From Selaginella moellendorffii (taxonomy: Eukaryota; Plantae; Lycopodiophyta), in assembly GCF_000143415.4 (NCBI RefSeq), contig NW_003314307.1, positions 200,922-264,921 of the forward strand: DNA of 64,000 bases, in the 5' to 3' direction. Of this stretch, positions 41,308 through 53,146 are shown piece after piece. Under the pieces are notes generated by a model. It was not told where the DNA came from, did not search any database, and worked only from the letters and a program-made list of their open reading frames with translations. Position 1 is the stretch's first letter; each line of letters begins with the position of its first letter. Both the position numbers and the translations under genes were made by a program.

Positions 41308-43532
41308 TTAAAATGTTTGGCAGTAGACAACAAAGCGCTTCCAGTGCTGCTTGGTCTGCGCCAGCTTGGTCATGAGGTTGGCCATCTTGTCCTGCAGCGC
41401 TCGCGCCGACCCTTCAAACGCAATCTTCTCCACCACCAAGCACACATTCTCGTTGCGGAGCTTGAGCAGATCCAAGTCCTGGTCCCCGAGCTTGGCCACC
41501 AGCGCCTCCCTCTCCACGCTTAGCTCCTCGTTCTTGTCCAGCGCCGCCTTGAGCAGCTTCCGCGTCTCGTCCCTCTCCACTTGCCTGCGCAGCTGCTCGA
41601 TGGTCGCGTCCCGAGCACGCAGTGCCGCCGTGTGCGACTCGTGGAGGCAGCGCGCCTCGTGCTTGAGCCGATCGCTGATGCCTTGGACCTGCTGCCGCAG
41701 CTTGTCCACCTCCAGCCTCTCCACCGCCACCATCCCCTCGGCTCGCTCCGCCTGCAAGCACAGCTTGGCCACCTGCTGCTTGAGCTTGAGGTTGAGCTCC
41801 ACCTGACGTCCCAGCTCGCCCTTGACCCTCCCAACCTCGCCGCCACACAGCGACACGAACTGCTGCTGCTGGGCCGCATTGGATGATGTAGAGGCTTGCG
41901 GCGGCGGCGGCGGTGGCGACGACGACGACGAGCACAGTAGCAGTTCCGACAGCTCCCGCGGCGGATGATGATCATCGCTTACCAGCTCGGTGGACAGCTC
42001 CTGGCGCTCCACCAGGCTCACCGCCTTGATGTTGTCGATGTCTCGCTGGACGTGGACGAGCTCCTTGTACGCCTGCTCGATGTGCCGCTTGGACTTCATG
42101 GACACCGAGTCGGAGCTCATGCAGCCCCGTTGCGCTTGCTCCAGCAGCAGCCGGGCCTTGAGCAGACGCCTGTCTAGGCTCGCGCACGCCACCTCCCTCT
42201 GCCGCACCCTCTGGAAAGATTCACGCAAGCCGCTCAAGAACGCCTTCTTCTGCCACAAAAATGCCTTTTCTCGGTCGGCAATCTCATCGCCAACCAGCTG
42301 CTGCTGCTGCTGCTGTTGTTGTTGCTGACCAACAGTGAAAGCCTCTGAAAGCTTTCGCTTCCCCACGTTCGGGCCCTTGTTCATGACTTCTTCTCCTCGT
42401 GGAGAAGGGTCTCCACACAAAGGTGGCGACCACAGCGAGTCGATCATCTTGTCCTGCTCCGCCCTTCCCGACCTCAACTCTTGCACCAGCACCTCGAGTC
42501 GGTTGGACATCGCCTGGAACATGTCCCCTCGGGGTGGTGGTGGAGGTGGCTGCACCTCCAACAGGGGCGCAACACCATGGCCAGCAGTGGCAGCAGCGGA
42601 ACAACCTTCCTCAACGTTCTGGAACAGCTTGTCATCGTGAGCTTCTTGCTTGGGAGCAGGGTCACCCCAGTCGATCATGTGAAGCAGGCGGGAAGCAATG
42701 GATGCGAGATCCGCCCTGAGTTGCTTGAGCTGTGTGCACTGCTCATCGGCCATCATCTCCGTGGCCGAGCACCAGTCCCGGAGCTGCAGCGCCAGAGCCT
42801 TGAGACGCTCCAGTTCCCGGTTGACGGACTCAATCTTGAGGTCCATGTCCCTGTGCGTCACAGCCAGCGCCGTGAGCGTGTTGCTGGCCAGCTGCCTCTC
42901 GCGCCTCAGCTCCTCCTCCTTGTCGATGAAAGCGTGGCGGAGGCGCTCATATGAGCCACTGAGCTGCTCCAGCGTGCGGTTCTTGCCGCCGAGTTGATCA
43001 CCCAGCAGCATTGCGCCGCAACCGCCGCGCTTGGCCTCCACTTGGAGCTGCAGCGTGGTGAGAGACATCCATGAGATCTGGAGCTCGGCCTGGACCTCGT
43101 CAACCTTGTGCTTCAGCCTTGTGAAGTCGGCGTCAACTCCTTCCAGAGCCAGCTGCACCTCTTCGCGATCAGGATTGTCCGCGGCAAGGACATGTTCCGG
43201 ATCATGCTCATCGGCGTGCGACTTGAGGCATGCGGCGATGGAGTCGAGGTCGATGCTCTGCACGTTTGTCTCGTCGAGCGTCACCTGGTCGCGCAGCGCC
43301 TTGAGGTGCGTCCGGACGTCGTTGAGTTGCCGCTCGATGCTGGACGCGTTGCCCTCGCTCTGCTGCATCCTCTTGTGCAAGTCATCCAGGGAGATCCGTG
43401 CCTCCGCCACCACCCCCTGCGCTCACCAGTTGAGTTCCATCAACCTCGCGAGATCAAGGCAAGGAGAAATGGGATGTGGTGACCGACCTGGGCAGGAAGA
43501 GCAAGAGGAAAAGCTTGTGCTCCGGGCGGCAT
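41308..43532 (-). CDS. Uncharacterised ~715-aa coiled-coil protein (45-nt first exon plus one large exon)
   Basis: 701-codon GC3-rich ORF with heptad E/L/Q/K/R composition and poly-Q/poly-P linkers. A plausible upstream exon MPPGAQAFPLALPAQ joins by a GT-AG intron. I do not recognise the family. Confidence 0.7.
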
Positions 43533-43610
43533 TGTAGAAGATGGAGATAGCAAAGGATCTCCTTATCTCTTTTTGCGAGGATTAGGGCTTTATGTGCCAC
43601 GTGTCCAGCA

Positions 43611-44477
43611 ATGGAGCTAGGGCATACGCCATGGAAATGCAGCGCTGCTCTCGGCCATGGGCGCCTCCGGGGATTGCGAGTGGCATTCACGGCGCCCGGC
43701 AGCTACGCGCTCCGCCTGAAGCAAGCACTAGACAGGGAGGGAGCCGCCACAGTCTCGTGCCCCACCATAGCCGTGGAGCGCATGCCACACACCCAATCCA
43801 GTGTCCGCCGCGCCGTCTCTGCCCTCCACACCTATAGCTGCATCGCCTTCACGTCCAGGTCCGGCATCGCATCCATCGCGCACGCTCTTGAAGAAGTGCG
43901 ATTATCTGGTTGCGCGGAACTGGTGGTGGGGGCGCTGGGCAAGGACGCCGAGCTCATCCAGGAGCTGGACTTGTTCAAGGAGCACCGCGAGCAGCAGAGG
44001 TTGACGGTGGTGGTGCCCCTGGTGGCGACACCCGACGCACTGGTGGAGGAGCTGGGCGATGGCGCTGGACGCCGGCTGCTTTGCCCGGTTCCCTACGTCT
44101 GCGGCGGGCTGTCCGAGCCGGACGTGGTCCCAAATTTCGTGGCGGCGCTCCAGCGCCACGGCTGGGACGTCGAGCGGCTGGACGCCTACGCTACCTCGTG
44201 GACCGGCTCCGCCAGCGTCACGCCGCTGCTCGCCGGCGCAGTTGATGCGCTCGTCTTCACCAGCACCGCCGAGGTGGAGGGGCTGCTCATGGCGCTCCAG
44301 GCTCACCACCTCACGCTCGCTTCGCTCTGGCCGTGCGTGCTGGTGGCCTTCGGCCCTGTCACCGCCCGGGGTGCCAAGCAGCTGGGAGTCGACGTTGATG
44401 TGATTGGCCACCGATTCAACGGCTTCACGGATCTGGCCGACCTCCTCGTCTCGCATTTCCGCAAAAGATTGGATTGA
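43611..44477 (+). CDS. Uroporphyrinogen-III synthase (HemD)-like protein, intronless
   Basis: VAFTAPGSYALRL, IAFTSRSGI, ALGKDAE, LCPVP..GGLSEPDVVPNF, LVFTSTAEVEGL, AFGPVTA. Confidence 0.8.
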   Translation: MELGHTPWKCSAALGHGRLRGLRVAFTAPGSYALRLKQALDREGAATVSCPTIAVERMPHTQSSVRRAVSALHTYSCIAFTSRSGIASIAHALEEVRLSGCAELVVGALGKDAELIQELDLFKEHREQQRLTVVVPLVATPDALVEELGDGAGRRLLCPVPYVCGGLSEPDVVPNFVAALQRHGWDVERLDAYATSWTGSASVTPLLAGAVDALVFTSTAEVEGLLMALQAHHLTLASLWPCVLVAFGPVTARGAKQLGVDVDVIGHRFNGFTDLADLLVSHFRKRLD

Positions 44478-44486
44478 TTCATTCAT

Positions 44487-45137
44487 TCATCGGGCAGCGA
44501 GGGAGTAAATGACGACTGGCTTCTTGTTCCCGGGTGGCGGGGGATACGTGGCTACAACCTCCACCTGGAATGACTTGCGCGCCATCTTGAAGAACTTGGT
44601 GTCTTTCGTCCACCTCCGGATGTGCGCGAGCAAGACTTTGGGGGGTCGGTCCTGCGGCGGCGACGACGACAGGAGCCATTTGAGCGTTTGCAGCAGAGGC
44701 TGGAAGAGATAGTCGTAGTAGACAACATCCGAGGCCACGATCAAGTCGAAGCTCCAGTCCTGAGCAAGCTGCGCAACGTCCTCCTCCACGCCCCAGCGCA
44801 GCGTCCGTGCCTCAATCACCGCGCCACCATCGCCAGGGAAGTTTCGCTGGGCGTTGTATGCGAGATTTGGAATGGCCTGTGGAAGATCCGTGAGCAGCAC
44901 CCTGGCGGCGCCCAGCCGTGCAGCCACAAGGCCTACCAAGCCTGGGCCCGATCCCAGCTCGAGCACGCTCGCGCCCGGAACCATCCACTCTGTTTGCTTC
45001 TCCTCGAGGAAGCTGCACAATGCCGATGCCGCTGGCCACACCTGGAACGATAGGCCTCTGGAGCGCTGCTCGCGGATCACCACCGGCGCCGCCACGCCCT
45101 TGACAATGTGAACAAGCTCCGTGGCTTCGTGCTCCAT
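44487..45137 (-). CDS. Seven-beta-strand lysine methyltransferase (METTL21/Methyltransf_16 family), intronless
   Basis: QVWPAA, VLELGSGPGLVG, LTDLP, LRWG, DLIVASDVVY. Confidence 0.9.
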   Translation of the reverse strand: MEHEATELVHIVKGVAAPVVIREQRSRGLSFQVWPAASALCSFLEEKQTEWMVPGASVLELGSGPGLVGLVAARLGAARVLLTDLPQAIPNLAYNAQRNFPGDGGAVIEARTLRWGVEEDVAQLAQDWSFDLIVASDVVYYDYLFQPLLQTLKWLLSSSPPQDRPPKVLLAHIRRWTKDTKFFKMARKSFQVEVVATYPPPPGNKKPVVIYSLAAR

Positions 45138-45166
45138 TCGTTAAGACCTAGCTGAAGAACCCTAAA

Positions 45167-45787
45167 ATGGAGCGGGTGGATGCGTGGATGGCGTGCTTCG
45201 CGCTGGCCATGGCGCTCGTGTGGGGGCTGGCACGTTGGAATGGCATGCTGGGCGGTGGCAGATCGGGGTGGTGGAGGCGCAAGTCGCAGCAGCGGGCAGA
45301 TTGTCGCCAGCATTTCATGGCGGCGGCCCATCTGCTGGCCCGAGCACGGCGGCAGCGCAAGGAGCTAGCGGACGAGGGGAGGAGGAGCAGGGGCAAGAGC
45401 TCGTCTCTGGCGCGGGATGCCATCCGCGAGTGCGATGTGGCCATCGCCTGCGATCCGCGGGACGCCGCGCCTCACATCGTCAAGGCGCTGGCACTGCAAC
45501 ACCTGGGGCACCTCACTGCCGCGCTGCGATCGCTCAACACGGCGCTGTCGCCGCCGGCGTCCAAGAGCCTGACGGAGTCGGAGAGGGTGGAGGCGCTGAT
45601 CAAGCGCGCGTCCATCAGCCTCGACGCATTCAAGACCAAGCGAGGGGTGAAGGCCGCCATTGCCGATCTGGAGGAATGCCTCGCGCTCGATTCCTCCCCA
45701 CAATCGGCCGCTGCGGACGCTGCCCGCCAGATGCTTGCGAGCTGCTACCAGAGAATGGGAGGAGGAGCTTCACGAGTCCATGAATAG
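45167..45787 (+). CDS. TPR-like protein with N-terminal membrane anchor, intronless
   Basis: Hydrophobic N-terminus followed by TPR-like helices (AIACDPRDAAPHIVKALAL, ALRSLNTAL, AIADLEECLALD). Confidence 0.75.
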   Translation: MERVDAWMACFALAMALVWGLARWNGMLGGGRSGWWRRKSQQRADCRQHFMAAAHLLARARRQRKELADEGRRSRGKSSSLARDAIRECDVAIACDPRDAAPHIVKALALQHLGHLTAALRSLNTALSPPASKSLTESERVEALIKRASISLDAFKTKRGVKAAIADLEECLALDSSPQSAAADAARQMLASCYQRMGGGASRVHE

Positions 45788-45870
45788 AGTTTTGTGAGGG
45801 GAGTAGAATATTCCAGAGCCCTAGGCTAGCAGTGGCTTGGCATCCTTTTGTAGATGAGGCGGCGACAGGA

Positions 45871-48686
45871 ATGGGGCCAAGATTTGTGCAAGCTCTCCGA
45901 AGACTAGCTGCATTCGATCTCGCTCGTCGCCAACCTTGTCCCGCTCTTTCTCCTCCTCCTCCTCCTCCTCATGGATCTCTGTGGTGCCAGGGAAATCTTA
46001 GATTGGTGCAGCTCTACACCACCGCTACCACTTCATCGCCATCGCCAGCGCCAGCGCCAGCGCCAGTATGGGCGGATTCATCCACCAATTCACACAATGG
46101 TAAGCCAATCCCTCGCTCACGGTCACGAATTCACAGGATTGACGGTGTGATGGTTAGCACATCATCGCGAAGCTGTGCCGCCACCATCGCATGCGGCTAC
46201 TGGCCTTGATCACAGGACCATGATCTATTGCAACCGGGCACTCAACATGAGGAGCATCTCGGCAGTGGGATTTGATCTCGACTACACGCTTGCGCAGTAC
46301 AGGCCAGAGACTTTTGAGCTGCTCGCATACCAAGCCACTGCCAAGAAGCTCGTCTACAATCTCGGCTACCCCCGCCAGGCAAGAGTTTCCATACTACTAC
46401 TACACGAAATTCCATATCACTCGCGCTCTACACGAACAGATATTGGACTGGAAGTTCGATTGGAAGTACATGGTGAGAGGCTTGGTGCTTGACAAACGTC
46501 GTGGAAACATTCTCAAGGTTGGTTTAGCGCTCTTCCTATCGTAAGTTGTAACGAAACTTAATAACAGATGGATCGCCACAAGTATGTCAAGGTTGCTTAT
46601 CATGGATTCCAGGAGCTGTCCAGAGAAGAGCGGACGGCAGCTTACGGGAATACGCTCTCCCGTGACTCTTATGATGAGCCTGATTATGCGCTTATCGACA
46701 CCTTGTTCTCCTTGGCAGAGGCGCATCTCTTTGCTCAGCTTGTTGAGCTCAAAGACACTGATCCAGAACTTTTTCCGTCTCAGCCAGAGTACTATACTTG
46801 TTTTCTTGACAACTATATGCAAATTTTGTTGTTTCCTTCGTGCAGGGTCTATTGTGAGAACGATGTTCCTGTAGTTCCCACGTACGTGTTTCTGTTGTTC
46901 CTGTGTACGTTTCTTTTTCGCTGACCGCCACTTTTTTATTTCTTTTCTTGCAGATATGCTGAAATCTACAAAGATGTTCGTGCCGCGGTCGACTTGTGCC
47001 ACAGGGATGGTACGTTGAAGCAAGCGGTCGCTGATGATCCTTCCAAGTAAGCAGCATGTGTCTACGAGCTGCTAAAAAGCTCAGTGCCTTTTCTCAGATA
47101 CATATATGCTGATGAGCAGCTAATCTCAATGCTTAAAATGCTGCGCGAGTCTGGCCGCTTGACATTCTTGGTCACCAACAGGTGAAAGAATTCTTTCTGC
47201 TGACTTCCTGCCAAAGTTGTTTCTACGTTTAGTTTGTGGGATTATACGCATGTTGTGATGAACTTCCTCTTCTCCGCCGACAAGAACTGGCTCGATTACT
47301 TCGACCTTGTCATTACGGGCAGGTAGATGCAGATTCATTACCAATGACCATTTAGCATCGTTCATATCTTCATTTTTCGTTTTTTTTTACCAGTGCCAAG
47401 CCGTCCTTTTTCATGGATGGCAATCAGGCGCCTCTGTTTGCTGTAGATGTTAAGACAGGTATGCTTCACAACACGGATAATGGCACACCAGTTCCTCAGG
47501 TACGGTGCTACCTTCTATACCTTTTCATCGGATTTGACTGGGTCTTTGTCTTAGATTGGGCTGATCCCGCTCTCTACAACAAGACAAGCCTCGAAAGTAT
47601 ACCAGGCAAGAACTTCATCACACTGTCTGGATCTGGAAGCTCACATTCAGCTCGTATCAAATGCGCCAGGGAGGAACAGTGTCACACCTACACAAGCTGC
47701 TTGCGATTGATGCCGGCGCTCAGGTTCGCAGGTGTCTGGTTAACCCGGGAGTTTACTTTTAATTGCAGGTGTTGTATTGTGGAGATCATATATATGGCGA
47801 CATCCTCCGCAGCAAAAAGCAACTTGGTACTTCAAAAGCTTTCTCGTTATAACTCTGCTAGAAGCTTAAATCCTAGGTTGGCGTACAATGCTCGTCGTAC
47901 CCGAGCTTGACCGGGAAGTTGAGCTCTTACAATCGTCCAGAGCGGTTCAAAAGGTATATCAAAGTTGATCAGGCAAGCTCACTTGTTGTTATTCATCGAT
48001 CACCCAGGAAATTCAAAGACTTCGCCATAGCCGTGAGGAGATCGAAGATGAGTTACAGAAGCTGGAGTGGACCTTGAAGTATGCTCTGTAAAGCTCTATA
48101 TTTTCAGACAAATGTTGGGATTTTTGGCAACACAGGTATTTTAAAGGAACCAAGGAGGAGGAGGGCCCTTTGCAAGAAAAGCGAGAAGCATTGCAGGTAA
48201 AACGTGCCTTACGAATGAAAAACGTTTCTCACTTGATTTCAGAGGGAAAGAGATGAAGTCCAAAAGAGCCATCGGACCATGCAACGCAAATTTCATGAGC
48301 AGGTTTGGATTTTCTTGAAGAGAAGGTGTAGGCTTTTTATACCTTTGCTTATTGCAGTTTCATAAAACATGGGGACAGCTTATGAAAGCTGGGCATCAAA
48401 CCTCTCGATTTGCCCATCAGGTGCGAGTTATTACAAGCTATGGAATAAGAATTTGAGCTCTTCGTGTTACAGGTCGAGAGATTTGCTTGTCTCTACACAA
48501 GCCAGGTGACAAACTTGAGCTGCTACTCTCCAGAAAAATGCTTTAGGACGGCAGAAGATTTCATGCCACACGAGCTGCGAGGTAGCGTCGTTTTTGTAAC
48601 AAAAATCTTTGCATACGATCAATCACCCCACTTTAATGACAGATGAATTCACTGGCCAGCTTATTAACCTTGAATGTACAAGATGA
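45871..48686 (+). CDS. HAD-superfamily IG 5'-nucleotidase (cN-II-like), multi-exon; last exon tentative
   Basis: VGFDLDYTLAQY motif I, FLVTNS.WDY, VLYCGDHIYGDILRSK, VERFACLYTS, FMPHE. Confidence 0.9.
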
Positions 48687-49240
48687 AAACTCTACAAAAT
48701 TGGTAGTCTCACCTTGTCAAAGAGATGCACGAATCTCATGGAGAGAGTCTCCTCGAGAGATGCGCGCTCGTTTTCAATGCCCGGACCCATAAACATGTCG
48801 TTTACTGCAAAAACCTCCAGTAGTGCCAGTGCAAGTCACTCCTGGCTGCACGCATCCACAACAAGACTGATGAATTGAATAAAAGGAAATGATCAATTGC
48901 AATGTTAGGGAGCGGCTTGTTTGCAGAGCCTGGACGTTTCGTCGATCCCGTTGCTCGAACACCTGGCCTGGTCGGATGTGACTAGAGACCTTGTACGCGA
49001 CTGGCAAGACATTCTGAACCTAGAAGCCAGAGGTTTTGAATTTCCTGGGTGATGAATAACAAGAGGCGAAAGGTCGCCTCGTCAAATTATCAACTTTGAA
49101 ATACCTTTTGAACTAGGACTGTAAGATAGTTAATCAATCCAGCGTTTTCTTCCAGAGAACCTGTAAGTTTTCGTTACTACTAGTCCAATTTAATGTATAA
49201 GGAAGCAAATCTATCGTGAAATTGTAAAAGTCTTACCTTG

Positions 49241-52038
49241 TCAAAGAGAACGAGCTAGCGTACGAAATTCATGGAGGCACGATCGCAGAGTCTTGTAGCG
49301 TTTCTGGAGGGATGCGCGCTCGTTTTCCAGCTGCTCCAGCATGCCTGGAGCCACGAACATGTCCATAAACTGCTCGTCGCTCACTGCAAAGAGCTCCAGC
49401 CCCAGTGCCAGAGCAAGTCGCTCCTGGCTATATGCATCCACAAGAACACTCTGACTCGTTAGCAGCAGAAACAGTAACTAGATCGGCCTTACCATGGCGT
49501 GAGAAAGCCAGCATTTAACGCAGCCGGGACGCTGCGCTCGACGAGAACTTCTCTGATCCGCGTGAATTGCTCGATGGCCAGGGAACACACCTCGTCGTAC
49601 ACCGATTTAGTTTTGTTGAGGCTGTGCCTGGCCTCTTTCAGCGGTCCAATGCGAGTGCTGACAGCTCCCACAGGCATTCCATGGCGTTTCCTTGTCGCAA
49701 AGGTGACGTCGGCAATCCTCCCGCTTGCAATGGCGTATTCCTTCCTCTTGGCGTCACTGCTCGACTGCTCCGGAGACGGCGTTTCCGGTATAGTAAGTTG
49801 ACTTTCTTTCAGCGGGCAGTCTGAGACTCTAGCTGCGGCTTGAGGCTTAGAGGAACCTTGAGGAGCGTGATTTTCCAATTCTTCTGACACAGCGTCAGTC
49901 ACTGCACCGTGCATGTCCGCAGTAATCCCATCGCCAAAGCTATTCTCCCAGAAGTTTAGATGTGAGTACGGGCTCGTGATTGCCGCCAGCTCGTGCCGCA
50001 CCAAACCTTTGCATTCTTTCACCAGCTCCTGGACGAAACCATCGTGCGCTTGTCTCACAGCTGCCTGAAAGGCCACATAGCCTGTCACGCCTGCAGTATG
50101 AAGAAGCACAGATAAATCAGGAACAAGTTGTTGAAAGCTCTCTCTAGCAACTTACTATTCGTGGAGTCTTGAGTGCGAATGCGCTCAACGGCCAGATCAA
50201 AAAGATTACGAAGAACGTGACCAAGGCGATCACAAACAGTATCAAGAAGTGGTCCAAGCCATGATTGTGCAGCTGCACGAGCGATTGACGCGGCAGCGGC
50301 AAATGTTCCTCCCGATCGTCCCACATGTGCAAGCAAGACATTTGCAACCTGGAAAACTTGTGAGAACCAAGGAGTCACCATCACAATAGACTCACAGTCT
50401 CTCTTGAAATAGAAGGACATTCGAGTGAACAGGCGGCACACTTGAATTCGGTAAGAACCCGCTCGAAAGAAGCTCCTCCATAAAGTTTTAGAATCGCATT
50501 CGGCGGCTGGATGTCAGCTGTGAGGCCTGGCCACTTTTTCGCTCCGCTTTGTACCCGTTCTTCATCTGTTGTCAATCCCCACTCTAGAGGATCCAGGTCT
50601 GCAGCACCATGCAGCAAACCTCCCTGTCCACAAAACATACAAACAACTAAACATTTTAAAAACTGATCCCAGAGACATACCATGTGACCTGCTACAGCCG
50701 CCGTATGTATCATCGCAGATTTCCGCAATGAGGCAATATCACCTGCGGTGGAGAGCTTTGCATCTGCAGTCGCAAGTTCTGCAGCAACTTCGTTGCATCT
50801 TCGCTCGAGCAGAGCGAGTGTAGCTGGAGCTGCTTCTCGGTACCTGCAGATTCACAAAGGAGCTAGTTCGGGAACTCATAATTCACCTATTACCTTCGCT
50901 GGAGTTCAGCTTCCAAATAGTTGCGGAGGTTTCCAAATCCAATGCTGCCACTGTATTTGTCCTCACTAAACCCACCACTGATCCTTTCGCGGAGATGCTT
51001 TAACACCTCTGCATCTACGCTGGCAATTTGACTACGAAACTCTTCGTTTGTAACAGATCCCCTGTCCTTTGGCAAGGCAACGAAAAAAGGACGAACATGA
51101 TCACCTAGATAACCCCCAGCACTGAGATAGCGGTCAACTTCCCACTTCTCCGCAAACTCCTGAAGCAGACATGGGTATCAGCCACGAGAAAAAGGAAGAG
51201 AGAGACTTACCCCCAGCCTGTTATCAAACTTGGAAACAACCACCACAGTGCGATGGAAACCAGGATCTATAGAGCGAACTGTATCCAGCCACAAGGAGGA
51301 GCACCACTCGACGCTACTTTGCTGTAAGAACAACAGCAGCCTGTTTGGTGGCAATGCCAGTGCCCGGACCATCTGAAGGATATCATCGGGTGTACTCTCT
51401 GGTTCGCCTTTCTTCGCCTGCCATATGAAAAGTAGAAAAATGTATAAAACGGAGGACTAGTAACACTAGTTAGAAGCGCTACCTTGAGAATAAAACCCGG
51501 TGTATCGATGATGGTGAGATTGGGACAATACGCATACTCCACACGCATCACAATTGGCTTGGAGCTGACTGCCGCACGGATCTTCTTGAGGTGTTCTTCG
51601 GTCCTTAATTTGATTGCCTCAGCCACAGCATAATGCGGAACTATGACAGGCCCATACTCCTCGTCGTCCTCATGCTGAAACGCAAAAGAATGTAAAAAAA
51701 TTCTAGGCAGCGACTTCACTTGCTACTAGCAGTACCTGCAGTCGGCATCGCGGATCCACCGCCGCTGGCTCGTGGATCATCTGGAGCACGAGAGGGCGAC
51801 GAGTGCCCATCTCCACCTCGCGGACATTGAACCTAAACCCCAGCAGTGCTTCCAGGAGCGAGCTCTTACCATCCGACTGGCCTCCCACGGCCACAATCTC
51901 CGGGATGGACAGCTGCTCTCCAAAGGCTAGCGCCGTCGCTTGCAGCCGAGAATAAGCCTCGTAGCGTGCCCTAGCCTCGTTGCTGCCATAGCCAAGCACC
52001 GGAGGAGCTCGCTTGGAAGACGAAGACGCACACGACAT
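49241..52038 (-). CDS. DRP5A: Dynamin-related protein 5A, multi-exon
   Basis: YEAYSRLQ, GGQSDGKSSLLEALLGFRFNVREVEMGTRRP, IIDTPG, SSVEWCSSLWLD, KLYGGASFERV. Confidence 0.9.
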
Positions 52039-52147
52039 CCCCTCGTCCGTACCCCAATACACTACGGAAAAGGATCGGCTTCAAATTTTGGCGGGAAACC
52101 TAATCTAACGTTAACGCGAGGACACTAGGGTTCTTCTAGGGCGATAT

Positions 52148-52868
52148 ATGGCTATCAGGGGCATGGCGATCGTGGCTCTGGGAACTCCTCCTGGAACGCT
52201 GGAGCGATGGCGCCGATCTTTCAAGCCCCGGCGGATGCGGATGCTTTGCAGCGAGAGCGATGCCGTTCCTGTCCAGGACGCTGTCCTCAAAGCCATTTCA
52301 GGTAATGCAGAGCTGCCTGATTTGTTTGGTCCATGCCGCTTCTAGCTACAGAGGTTTCCAGGGCCGACAACAGAGTTTCTCGGACAACCAATGTGGTGAT
52401 GGGAGGAACCGTGGTGGATGAATGGCAGGCACTCGATAGTAAGGTGAGTGATGCCTGTAACATATATGTTTGTTAACTCTTTTTTCTTTGTGTCTAAGGT
52501 GAATACGTACCCTATGGAGCGTGGATTCACAGCCATTGGAACCGGTGGTGATGACTTCGTCAGAGCAATGGTTTTGGCTGTGGAAACTGTTCTTCAAATT
52601 TCTGTCTCTACGGTGCGTGATAGGACGCTTTTGTTTTATGTCTTTTCTACACTCGTCCCCATTTTACAGGAGGAGATTAGCAGCAAGCTCTCATCCAAAG
52701 GCAAGTACATATCAGTGAAAATCGGGCCTGTTGCAGTGCAATCGAGTGAACAGGTTCGCTCAATCTTTAAAACTGAGACAGGTACTCACTCATTCGTCAC
52801 TGTGGAAGCAGGTGCGCGCTGTATACAATGCAATGCGGTGTGATAGCCGCATGAAGTATTTCTTGTAA
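52148..52868 (+). CDS. Plastid YbeD/DUF493-like protein, multi-exon
   Basis: VNTYPMERGFTAIGTGGDDFVRAM, SSKGKYISVKIGPV, VYNAMRCDSRMKYFL, with a transit-like N-terminus. Confidence 0.8.
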
Positions 52869-53146
52869 AGTTTATTTGACACGGCTCGTGTGAATGAAAT
52901 GGTCCAATTTATAATGTGGGAGCTCTTCTATTCTTGGGAAGGACACAAGCTACCGGAATGGAATGGCGACTGCGAAACACGTAAGCGTGTGGTGTCACCC
53001 CAATTATCGAGCTGTAACAGTGAGTAAGACCCGTGAGAATTATTGGATTGGATGATAAATTTGGGCACTTGGCTGCAGCTATTTATATACAGGTCACAAG
53101 CAGCACGATGAGGAGGAAGAGAAGGAAGAAAAAGTAAAAGGGAGGC

